Assembly: GCA_965214095.1 (NCBI GenBank)
Contig: OZ243938.1
Span: 416,001 to 480,000 of the forward strand
DNA length: 64,000 bases
Reading direction: 5' to 3'
From: Candidatus Poribacteria bacterium
Lineage (GTDB): Bacteria > Poribacteria > WGA-4E > WGA-3G
The notes beneath the pieces are model-generated. The model searched no databases and was not told where the DNA came from. It worked only from the letters and a program-made list of their open reading frames with translations. Numbering within the stretch: the first letter of the stretch is position 1; each line of letters begins with the position of its first letter. Of this stretch, positions 38,202 through 47,036 are shown piece by piece. Both the position numbers and the translations under genes were made by a program.

Positions 38202-40028
38202 TTAAATAACCGGACTCGGTGATTTACGAGGTTCCCTCTTTTCAGACTGAATAGGAGTAACTTTGACAACATTCACTGGATCATAATCTAATAGTTTGAG
38301 CCAATCCTCTGTAGCCTCAGTCGGTGGGAAAATATCATTTTCGCTAAATTCTGCTTGGAGTGCGTTTAATAGGTCGTCTATGGTTATACCTATATCTGTA
38401 TCAGGGGCTGCGATAGCACGTTTCATCGCCGTTTCTTTTGCCCTTTGAACGACAGACTCAATGATTGCACCACTACAGAGATGACCACGGTAAAGGACAT
38501 CGCGTCTGCCACTGCGGAGTGCAACTTCAAGGAACCGGTTTTCGGATGATTCGCGAAACATTTCATCTGCGACTTGTGCTATCAAATTATCAACTACCTC
38601 TTGGTCTGCTGTTTCTCCAGGTTCAGTTTCAATTGGAAGATCAGGAGTAAGGTAGATACTGAATATATCCTTCGCAGCTTCTTTATTCGGACGTGTCACT
38701 TTAATTTTTCTATCGATACGTCCAGGACGGAGAATAGCGGGATCAATCAAGTCAGGTCGGTTCGTTGCCAGAATAATGACGACCTCTTGTAACGGCTCAA
38801 TACCGTCCATTTCCGCACAGAACATCGGAACTAATGTGTTGGAAATGCTATGTGATCTCATAGCACGACGTGTCCCTAATATAGACTCTGCTTCATCTAT
38901 AAATACAAATGAAAGTTTACCTTCTTCCCGTTTTTCACGCGCAGCCAGAAAGATTTCTCTCACTTTACGTTCCGATTCACCGAGCCACATATTGAGGATT
39001 TCAGGACCTTTAATGTGTAGAAAAGTTCCTTCAATCTCTTCACCTGTTTCAGTCTTGAGTTGTTCTGTTAGGTTGTAAGCAGTCGCTTTTCCAATAAGTG
39101 TTTTGCCACAACCTGGAGGACCGTGGAGCAGAAATCCTTTCGGCACTGAATACTGAAACTTCTTAAAAAGTTCCGGATGCAAAATCGGTTGTTCAATAGT
39201 GTCTTTAATCCGCTGAATGGTTTCGTCAAGTCCACCGACTTTTGACCATGGAATTTCGGGCACTGCTTCAAGGGAGTAGTCGTTCCGCTCTTTAGAAGCA
39301 ATACGTTCAAGTGCCACTCTTAAACTTCCATCAAGTCGGACTTCATCACCTGACTTCAACTTCACATCTACTAAATCTGCAGCACGTTCAATAATAACAG
39401 ATTGTAAACTCGGTTCAGACCCGACACGAAGCCTTCCATCTGGCAGCACATCGGCAATTGTTGCAATTGGTCCTGATTCGTTATAACCAAGATCACCCAC
39501 CACGACGAACGCTTCGTTCAGCAGAACACTCACACCTTTCTTTAGGTTAGCCTTTTCTAGTTGCGGGTCAATATTCGCATAATACTCCGACCCACCAACA
39601 GTGACGCGCGCTGTGTCGTCTTCTGGGACTGCAAGGAGAGTTCCAATACGGTTTGCTGGTGCCGTAAGCTTTTCAATTTGTTCTTCCATCTCAGTATGGA
39701 TACGCATCGCTTCCTGTTCAATAGCGCGGATTCTTTGACGGAATTCCCCTTCATCGTTGATGATCGCACGACGCAATTCTATAAGCATACGCCGTCTTTG
39801 GTCTTCAACCGGTGTATCTGAGATGATTTGATGCACCAATTGTAGAGAATAGCCAGAACTCAATTCTTCTTGCAAATCCTCAACATCATCATATTCCACC
39901 TCATCTTCGTCTTCAAAAAATAGTTTATGATCATCAGGACCTATGCCAGTATTGCTCCGGTTCTTCTTATCGTACATTGTGGACATCTCCTCGGACTGAT
40001 AGAGTGACTTTACGATAAAGTTTACCAC
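38202..40028 (-). CDS. arc: Proteasome-associated AAA+ ATPase (ARC/Mpa); start may be 39977 or 39986
   Basis: Coiled coil plus tandem OB region; GPPGCGKT, IKGPEILN.WLGESER, FIDEAE, TNRPDLIDPAILRPGRID, SGAII. Confidence 0.92.
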   Translation of the reverse strand: MVNFIVKSLYQSEEMSTMYDKKNRSNTGIGPDDHKLFFEDEDEVEYDDVEDLQEELSSGYSLQLVHQIISDTPVEDQRRRMLIELRRAIINDEGEFRQRIRAIEQEAMRIHTEMEEQIEKLTAPANRIGTLLAVPEDDTARVTVGGSEYYANIDPQLEKANLKKGVSVLLNEAFVVVGDLGYNESGPIATIADVLPDGRLRVGSEPSLQSVIIERAADLVDVKLKSGDEVRLDGSLRVALERIASKERNDYSLEAVPEIPWSKVGGLDETIQRIKDTIEQPILHPELFKKFQYSVPKGFLLHGPPGCGKTLIGKATAYNLTEQLKTETGEEIEGTFLHIKGPEILNMWLGESERKVREIFLAAREKREEGKLSFVFIDEAESILGTRRAMRSHSISNTLVPMFCAEMDGIEPLQEVVIILATNRPDLIDPAILRPGRIDRKIKVTRPNKEAAKDIFSIYLTPDLPIETEPGETADQEVVDNLIAQVADEMFRESSENRFLEVALRSGRRDVLYRGHLCSGAIIESVVQRAKETAMKRAIAAPDTDIGITIDDLLNALQAEFSENDIFPPTEATEDWLKLLDYDPVNVVKVTPIQSEKREPRKSPSPVI

Positions 40029-40285
40029 ATTTCTAACTTAATATGTGAATTTTAATGCATCTTAGCAAATTAATCAACTATCTTCTTTTTGATAGTCTTT
40101 GCTAAAAGTTTGCTTTTCTGTGGCAATTGTCATGAGTCTATCATATTCTGCATACACGTTGCAAGTTAAATGAAGGTGTTTTATCAATTACCTAACCAAT
40201 GAATTGCCATTAAAGAGTACAGGAAATACATTTTTTTAGAAAGTTCTTTAGTTTACCATGCTTTATGCTTCATGACAAGTTAAAA

Positions 40286-40475
40286 GAGGAGTGTGCATAA
40301 AGAAAAGCAATCTCAAATATGGTCTTAAAAGTAGTAGGCACGCTCCGCGTGCCGTCCACAAGATCAAAGCATCTCTATAGATTATACTACCACAAATGTG
40401 ACAATTATATATAAAGAAATACTTGATGAGAGACGCAGTCAATGTTGGCACATCATATATTTATGCACACCCCTC
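40286..40475. mobile_element. 190-bp MITE with 16-bp IRs and 8-bp target duplication (IS256-like architecture) carrying a REP
   Basis: GAGGAGTGTGCATAAA / TTTATGCACACCCCTC (15/16); AGTTAAAA at 40278-40285 and 40476-40483; internal GTAGGCACGCTCCGCGTGCC hairpin. Confidence 0.8.
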
Positions 40476-40503
40476 AGTTAAAAGGAAGATTGGCAGGGTT
40501 ATT

Positions 40504-40640
40504 TATAGTGAAATTTGAAATTAACAATACACTTTACATTTAGAAAAACGCGTTTGTAGTCGCGCAATTCATTGCACCTCTTACATTCTATGAATAGGCA
40601 ATTGGGACAATATGTTTCATTAAATGTAAATTTTACTATA
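40504..40640. repeat. TATAGTGAAA...TTTTACTATA MITE-like shell with degenerate GTAG-REP
   Basis: Inverted ends as at 522-689; internal GTAGTCGCGCAATTCATTGCAC. Confidence 0.55.
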
Positions 40641-40823
40641 GTTTTCGGTTTTTCTGCTATATTTTTCACATTTCAATATAACAACCTACGATATAAACTC
40701 TCAGTAACGTTCATCAATTGAAAATTATTAAAACTAAATAACCCTGAATTTTGATATGACTTGTTCATCAAGATGTGGTATCATGATTAATACGTCCAAA
40801 TGTGCTAAAAGGAGAAACCAACA

Positions 40824-41648
40824 GTGTCTCAACAAAAACACAATGGTTGGGCAGAACGGTATATCAATGATGGTTATCTAATGCTACCAGATGTAATCAC
40901 ACCAGACGAATGTGATGCATTAAAATCGGAAATGTTGAAAATCTTCCGGGGTGATTATGAATGCACCGCAATTCCACCGATGCCAGAAGATGCAACTGAA
41001 ACCGAGATCTTAGACAGAATAATGTGTGTCGGTGAACCACATTCTTTTAGTCCTCTCATCAGAAGGTATGTTGAACATCCCAAAATCTGTACTATCCTAC
41101 AAGAGATTGTCGGTGCACACATCCCCTTCTGGGATGGTGGTGTGAAGTGTATGCAGTCAATGATGTTAGGTAAAGTGCCAGGACATACAGGTAACCCGTG
41201 GCATCAAGACGAACACCCTATACCCACGCGCGACCGATCACTCGTTGGTGCGTGGATTGCATTAGACGATGCCACTGTTGATAACGGATGTATATGGGTT
41301 CTACCCAACAGTCATCGATCCGGTGTGATTTATGATAGGCATCCACACAATAAACGCGATGAGTTTGACAGTTGTCATGAAGCGGCTGGTTTTGACGATT
41401 CAGATGAAATACCAATTGAAATGACAGCGGGAAACGTCCTCTTTTTCAACGGTTATCTGTTGCATCGTTCAAAGAAGAATAGAAGTAACACCTATCGGCG
41501 CGTACTGGTAAGTCATTACTGTTCAACTGCTTCTTGGCTTGGATGGAAAGGACAAAGGAATTATCGTGGTGTTGTTGTCGTTTCGGGGGAAGACCCTTAT
41601 GCCGAAGAGGGGTATATCACGCCAAATGCTTGGGCAAGATGGGAATAA
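40824..41648 (+). CDS. PhyH-family Fe(II)/2-oxoglutarate dioxygenase
   Basis: Y..DGYL, WHQD, WIALDDATVDNGC, PNSH, LHRS. Confidence 0.92.
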   Translation: MSQQKHNGWAERYINDGYLMLPDVITPDECDALKSEMLKIFRGDYECTAIPPMPEDATETEILDRIMCVGEPHSFSPLIRRYVEHPKICTILQEIVGAHIPFWDGGVKCMQSMMLGKVPGHTGNPWHQDEHPIPTRDRSLVGAWIALDDATVDNGCIWVLPNSHRSGVIYDRHPHNKRDEFDSCHEAAGFDDSDEIPIEMTAGNVLFFNGYLLHRSKKNRSNTYRRVLVSHYCSTASWLGWKGQRNYRGVVVVSGEDPYAEEGYITPNAWARWE

Positions 41649-41655
41649 AAATGTA

Positions 41656-42444
41656 ATGAATGACCATTTGTCAGTTGAAACACCAGAACAAATCAGCATA
41701 AATTATCAGAAAGCAGGCATCGGATCGCGTTTCTATGCTGCACTGCTTGATACACTGTTACTCGGACTCATTGTCTTCATCGGTATTTATGTCAATTACA
41801 ACTTTCTAAGAGAACTTGGCGGGTTTTTTGGGAACTGGCTTGGCGCAATTGGTGGCGTATTAATCTTTGCTATGTTTTGGGGATACTTTATGGTGTTTGA
41901 AATCACAACCAATGGACAATCTCCCGGTAAACTTGCTCTGGGGTTACGTGTTATTAAGGAAGGTGGTTATCCTATTAGTTTTGGCGACTCAGCAATCAGA
42001 AATCTTGTGCGACTTGTTGATTTTCTCCCGTTCTGTTATGGGACAGGTCTGATAGTAATGCTGATCAACGGAAATTGGCAACGACTGGGTGATCTGGCGG
42101 CAGGAACACTTGTGGTCAAAACCAATCGAAAAACAAATGTTGATTTGAATCAATCTATCTCACCTATCAACATTTCACCAGATGAACATTTATATTCAGA
42201 GTGGATACAACCCTTGTTGGTGACAGACGCTGAATTTGACATGATAAAAGAATACCATCGTCGTCCTGAGTTATCTCCAATACGTCGTTTAGAACTTGCC
42301 AGGACTATTGGCAGACCGATTGCAGAAAAGATGGAGGGTGAAGGTGCTATAAACTATGATAAATTTTTAGCAGAGGTGTATAAATTAAAAATATCAAATA
42401 CAACTAAAAATGTTCACATTAGTACTGAAAAACACGAGGAATAG
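41656..42444 (+). CDS. RDD family membrane protein
   Basis: ETPEQI, AGIGSRFYAALLD, GQSPGK, RNLVRLVD, QRLGDLAAGTLVV. Confidence 0.9.
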   Translation: MNDHLSVETPEQISINYQKAGIGSRFYAALLDTLLLGLIVFIGIYVNYNFLRELGGFFGNWLGAIGGVLIFAMFWGYFMVFEITTNGQSPGKLALGLRVIKEGGYPISFGDSAIRNLVRLVDFLPFCYGTGLIVMLINGNWQRLGDLAAGTLVVKTNRKTNVDLNQSISPINISPDEHLYSEWIQPLLVTDAEFDMIKEYHRRPELSPIRRLELARTIGRPIAEKMEGEGAINYDKFLAEVYKLKISNTTKNVHISTEKHEE

Positions 42445-42447
42445 AAA

Positions 42448-43452
42448 ATGATAACTATATCAGAGAGAAGTCAATATGTAAGTGTTTCTGAACTCTTTCG
42501 AAGCATATTAAGATTATATCAAAATCATTTCAGTCTTTTCTTGAAACTGATGATACCAATTCTCGTACTCAGTCTGTTCATTGACATATTGTATTATTGT
42601 GGAATTAGCTATGTTTTTCCAAACTCATCATGGGAAGTGAGTACTTCATTCGGGTTAACTGTATATACAGATTTGACGCAATCATTAAATATACAGTTTT
42701 CTTCTATTTTTTTTATCTTTGCATGGTTTGCTTTGTCAATGCTTGTACTAACTACATATAGGATATATCGTGGTAACAATGTTTCATTTCAAGAGATTTG
42801 GAAACAGACATATCATAGAAAAGGCACAATTTTCTGTACAGGTTTATTAGGTTTTTTAGGTTTCTTTTTTTTTATAATATTCATGGTGGTTCTTTCAGGA
42901 CTATTAGGATCCATTATCAGCATAATTGGATTCTTCTCTATTCTAATATATTTTGGTGTCCGATTGAGTCTTGTTCACCAGGGGATTATGGTAGAAAACC
43001 TAACTGCAGCAAGGACCATCCAACGAAGCAGTGAATTGGTTAGTGGGAAATGGCTAAAGGTTTTTGGTAGATTGTTTTTACTGACCTGGATTTCATCGCT
43101 AATTTTAAATCTGACTTTAGCATTTACATTTTTCATACTATCGTTCGTATCAACAGAATTAGTACCGATTCGCGAATCATTTTTATCAGGTGAGATTTTT
43201 ACTCTGTTTTACGGAATACCTATATCTTTTCACTTTAACGATATAAATGTATCTGTTGGGAATATTACTATGTCTTTGTCTCAAACTCCCAGCTTCTGGA
43301 TAATATTAGTGATAGATACAGTCAATACCTTTGTTTCTGCACTATTGATACCTCTCTGGGCAATCTTAACGACACATTTATATTCGGAGAAAACTGAAGG
43401 GGAAGAGATTAGAGGTGAAACCCGAGCAGATGTTATGGAGGCACAGATTTAG
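42448..43452 (+). CDS. Hypothetical polytopic membrane protein
   Basis: Multiple TM helices; VENL...IQRSSELVSG motif seen in DUF975/GPDPase-membrane-like proteins. Confidence 0.6.
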   Translation: MITISERSQYVSVSELFRSILRLYQNHFSLFLKLMIPILVLSLFIDILYYCGISYVFPNSSWEVSTSFGLTVYTDLTQSLNIQFSSIFFIFAWFALSMLVLTTYRIYRGNNVSFQEIWKQTYHRKGTIFCTGLLGFLGFFFFIIFMVVLSGLLGSIISIIGFFSILIYFGVRLSLVHQGIMVENLTAARTIQRSSELVSGKWLKVFGRLFLLTWISSLILNLTLAFTFFILSFVSTELVPIRESFLSGEIFTLFYGIPISFHFNDINVSVGNITMSLSQTPSFWIILVIDTVNTFVSALLIPLWAILTTHLYSEKTEGEEIRGETRADVMEAQI

Positions 43453-44585
43453 TTGAATTCTTGGAGTGCATCTTGAACTTCAGAGATTACATCTGGATCA
43501 ACTTCACATGTTAATTGATTTTCCAATGTTTGCTTAGCTTTTTTTCCACCGATTTGTCCTAATGCCCACGCAGCATGTCCACGAATCAACGGTTCATCGT
43601 CAAGTAATGCCTTTTTGAGTGCAGGCACTGCAGTTTGAGAACCCCAATTGCCAATGGCGATGAGAACATTCCGTAAGAATCCTCGCCGTTTTGCTCGTTT
43701 TATTGGACTCCCTTTGAACCTTCTACTGAACTCATTTTGCGTCATGCTCACAAGGGACAGCAATTCCGGGGTAAGATTGCCATCACGCGGATGAAATGCT
43801 TGTTCTGTTGTTGAGTTTGCTTTGCTATTCCATGGACACACCTCTTGGCAGATGTCACACCCAAAAATCAAGTTACCCATTTGTGGACGAAGTTCCACTG
43901 GAATACTATCTCTCAATTCAATTGTCAAATAGGAGATACATAGCCTTGAGTCAAGCCAATTCGGTTCAACTATCGCATCTGTAGGACACGCTTCAATACA
44001 TAATGTACAAGTGCCGCAACTTCCCCGAAGTGGTTCGTTTGTATCATATTCTAATTCAAGGTTGACAAGAACTTCAGCAAGGAAATACCATGAACCTGAA
44101 CGCCAGTTTATCAAGTTTGTGTTTTTACCTATCCACCCGAGTTTAGCTTTTTGAGCAAATTCCCGTTCCAGAACAGGTCCTGAATCCACAAAAACACGAC
44201 TCTTGATTTCGGTCTCAGCAGTGTTTCTAATATATTCAACAAGTTCAAGAAGTCGCTCTCGAATTATATCGTGGTAGTCATCACCCCATGCATATCGGGA
44301 GATTTGGCCTCGTGAGGGATCTTTTACAAGATTGTCAGGCGGGTCCTTCGTGTAATAGTTCATCGCAAGACTGATGACTGATTTGGCTTCTTGGAGTAGT
44401 TGACGGGTATCTTCCTTGAGCGGCAAGTGTCTTTCAAGGTAACCCATTTCACCTGCATATCCGTTATCTATCCATTTCCGGTAACGTTGGATAGTCTGGC
44501 TCTGTTCTGCAGGTGTAATACCGACAAGTTCAAAACCGAGTTCATGTGCGCGGTGTTGAATTCTTTCGGTGAGTGTGTTTGCCAT
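43449..44585 (-). CDS. queG: Epoxyqueuosine reductase
   Basis: SRYAWGDDYH, VDSGPVLER, GWIGKN, CGTCTLCIEACPT, GCDICQEVCPWN, HEAT tail. Confidence 0.95.
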   Translation of the reverse strand: MANTLTERIQHRAHELGFELVGITPAEQSQTIQRYRKWIDNGYAGEMGYLERHLPLKEDTRQLLQEAKSVISLAMNYYTKDPPDNLVKDPSRGQISRYAWGDDYHDIIRERLLELVEYIRNTAETEIKSRVFVDSGPVLEREFAQKAKLGWIGKNTNLINWRSGSWYFLAEVLVNLELEYDTNEPLRGSCGTCTLCIEACPTDAIVEPNWLDSRLCISYLTIELRDSIPVELRPQMGNLIFGCDICQEVCPWNSKANSTTEQAFHPRDGNLTPELLSLVSMTQNEFSRRFKGSPIKRAKRRGFLRNVLIAIGNWGSQTAVPALKKALLDDEPLIRGHAAWALGQIGGKKAKQTLENQLTCEVDPDVISEVQDALQEFN

Positions 44586-44648
44586 TGTTCTCTATTTGAG
44601 ATAAGGATTTATTCAGTAGCAAAACTATATTTGAGTGATGGATTGACT

Positions 44649-45713
44649 TTATTTCGCGCCGCGTGGGTAGGAACCGAGTATCTTTACATCTCTACACAAG
44701 TCATCAAGATTGTCAAGCACGGAATGGACGTTGTCATCGTCAAGATGTCCTTCAATATCAGCAAAAAAGATGTATTCCCAAGGACTACTACGTGATGGAA
44801 GTGATTCTATATAACAGAGACTAAGGTCATGCTTCTTTAACACACCCAGAATTTCATACAACGCTCCGACCCTATCCCTGATTGCAAAAAAGATAGACGT
44901 ACAGTCATTCCCTGTGCTACCTATAACTTGGTTACCGATGACAAGAAACCGAGTCGCATTATCCGGTTCATCCATAATGGAATCAACAATCACAGGTACA
45001 TCGTATATCTCGCTGGCTAACTTACTTGCAATAGCTGCAGTGTTTGGTTCCTCTGCTGCACGCATAGCAGCATCAGATGTACTTACCACTTCAACCTGCT
45101 CAATAGATTTCATGTTCTTATTGATCCATATTCTGCATTGAGCGAATGGTTGACTATGAGAATAGATACGTTTTATCTCATTAAGCGGCGACTTTGAGAT
45201 GAGATGGTGTCTGATGGGTTGGTATATTTCCGCACAAATATTTAGAGAGGTATGTTGAAAACGTTCCAACACATCACGGACAGTCCCGAAGACTGAGTTC
45301 TGAATTGCAACTACTCCAAAATCAGCGCGTTCTGTTTCCACTTCCGTAAAAATATCGGTTTGAGGAGTAATAGGAACCATTACCGAATAAGCTCCAAAAA
45401 AGGAGAGACTTGCCATGTGTCCGAAACTACCGGACGGACCAAGAAACGCAACCCGATTTGGGTGTTGCACAGAACGTGAAGCAAGAAAAATTTCTGTCCA
45501 AATCTTTTCTATCGCTTCTAAAGGATATATTCCATGATTCAACGCTTTTAGACGATCGAGTATTTCATTCTCACGATGTGGGACATGAACGACTCCACCC
45601 GTATCGGCTTTTAAGGAACCTACCTTCTTTGATACCTCTGCGCGTTCTTGAAGTAATCGTAAAAGTTGTTCGTCTATATTGTTTATTTCTTCACGTAATT
45701 CTTTCAAGTCCAA
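44649..45713 (-). CDS. pheA: Chorismate mutase/prephenate dehydratase (P-protein)
   Basis: LREEI..IDEQL CM domain; AFLGP.GSF, SHSQ, NATRF, ACT domain, LGSYP. Confidence 0.95.
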   Translation of the reverse strand: MDLKELREEINNIDEQLLRLLQERAEVSKKVGSLKADTGGVVHVPHRENEILDRLKALNHGIYPLEAIEKIWTEIFLASRSVQHPNRVAFLGPSGSFGHMASLSFFGAYSVMVPITPQTDIFTEVETERADFGVVAIQNSVFGTVRDVLERFQHTSLNICAEIYQPIRHHLISKSPLNEIKRIYSHSQPFAQCRIWINKNMKSIEQVEVVSTSDAAMRAAEEPNTAAIASKLASEIYDVPVIVDSIMDEPDNATRFLVIGNQVIGSTGNDCTSIFFAIRDRVGALYEILGVLKKHDLSLCYIESLPSRSSPWEYIFFADIEGHLDDDNVHSVLDNLDDLCRDVKILGSYPRGAK

Positions 45714-45838
45714 GTAACTATCTCCATTGTGAGATGTAGTGCATTATATGGGCAAATTTCATTTATTGATATATGGGGTATCCGGCAGGAGTATTACCCA
45801 CCGGATAACGAGAAACTGCCGTGACTTAAAAATGACAT

Positions 45839-46084
45839 TTAGCTGCTTAACTTATTCATTGCAGCAATCATTTCATCATCTGACGGATTGTTTTCTACCA
45901 TCTCAACAAAATCTTCAGCTGAAATATTATGTTCCTCCAGGAACATTTTGTCCTGTGGTCACGGATAAATATATTCTCCGATGATGCCTTGAAGTTTTGC
46001 ATTTGCTTTATCGGATATTCTTGCAAGCCAAGGTATCCCTCCGATTATCATATCTCTGTGACGTGGTTTCCAATCAAGTGACAT
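45839..46084 (-). CDS. DUF5069-like 81-aa protein with in-frame TGA at codon 42 (putative selenocysteine)
   Basis: RBS AAGGAGGTG; MSLDWKPRHRDMIIGGIPWLARISDKANAKLQGIIGEYIYP-TGA-PQDKMFLEEHNISAEDFVEMVENNPSDDEMIAAMNKLSS-TAA; family resemblance continues on both sides of the TGA. Confidence 0.75.
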
Positions 46085-46145
46085 CTGTTTCACCTCCTTC
46101 TTGAAATGTCAGTGTTCTCTAAACTATACGGGTTGTAAGTTCATA

Positions 46146-46811
46146 TTATGTTTGTGTGCGTAGTCGCTCAATCTCCGCTAAAGCATGAGCAAGTTTTTTC
46201 TCAGCAATTTCAGCGCGTGCTTCAGCAGCATCTACGCGTTCTTGTGGTGGTTGCAACCATTGCGAGCGGTTTGGATCATATAGCCGTAACATGCCTGCAT
46301 GTTCACCTAACTCCAAACCTAAAGTTTCTGAAGGGAGCCGGTCATTCACTGAAGCAATTTCTTGATATTCACCGTCAATCAGTTTATATCCGACAAAACT
46401 CGGTATTATTTGACCCAACGGATCATATATGTAATATTCTTTTACCGACAGAACTGAAGCATAAAGTTCCTTCTTCTCTCCAATATCTTTTGATACAGTC
46501 TTTGGACTTGCTACTTCTAATACAAAATCAGGTGTATTCGCTTCTTCCCATATCAAGAATGTTCGTCTTAGTTTCTTTTCTACACCGAATGCAACGAAAA
46601 CATCAGGTGAGAGACATTTTTTAGGGTTACCTTCAACGTAATACATCAGTATGTTTCCCGATACGTAAACATCTTTATCGTGTTTATAATGGCCTTCAAG
46701 CATTAGGATGAAATCCATCATTAACTTCCGGTGCTGATCGGTTTCAGCCATAGGTTCTCCGTCTGATTCCGGATAGACTATTGTCGGCGCAGCGTGTATT
46801 TTTTTCTGCAT
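46146..46811 (-). CDS. Uma2-family endonuclease-fold protein with C-terminal coiled coil
   Basis: YPESDGEPMAET, SPDVFV, PDFVLEVAS, EYYIYDP; paralog of 30776-31543. Confidence 0.9.
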   Translation of the reverse strand: MQKKIHAAPTIVYPESDGEPMAETDQHRKLMMDFILMLEGHYKHDKDVYVSGNILMYYVEGNPKKCLSPDVFVAFGVEKKLRRTFLIWEEANTPDFVLEVASPKTVSKDIGEKKELYASVLSVKEYYIYDPLGQIIPSFVGYKLIDGEYQEIASVNDRLPSETLGLELGEHAGMLRLYDPNRSQWLQPPQERVDAAEARAEIAEKKLAHALAEIERLRTQT

Positions 46812-46843
46812 CGTGTTATCTCCCAGTATCGTTTGTGAAATTT

Positions 46844-46872
46844 AGTATATTAAAAAATATAGGTGATGTCAA
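46844..46872 (-). promoter_or_regulatory. Sigma70 promoter of the Uma2 gene
   Basis: TTGACA-N17-TATACT on the minus strand. Confidence 0.65.
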
Positions 46873-46929
46873 GGGATTTTGTTTTTTAAGACGTGTAAAG
46901 TTTCTGGCAAAATATGATTACAAAACCTA

Positions 46930-46992
46930 TAGGAGCGATCTCCGAATCGCGATATAACTCAGAGATAATCGGGAATCGGAGTTCACTCCTAC
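46930..46992. repeat. REP doublet (REPIN-like)
   Basis: TAGGAGCGATCTCCGAATCGCGA ... TCGGGAATCGGAGTTCACTCCTAC inverted pair. Confidence 0.6.
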
Positions 46993-47036
46993 ATATCCAA
47001 AATGTCCAATTAACTCAAGAATCTACCATAAATTGA

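Noticed and set aside
41539-41655. Long start of the RDD ORF
   Set aside because: Overlaps the PhyH gene by over 100 nt; family similarity starts at MNDHLSVETPE
45959-45961. Genome-wide TGA reassignment (genetic code 4 or 25)
   Set aside because: Other genes end normally at TGA (e.g. 1997, 8921, 20729, 27075) and Trp in conserved motifs uses TGG
45739-45984. 81-aa plus-strand ORF from the track
   Set aside because: No recognisable motif; antisense shadow of the DUF5069-like gene
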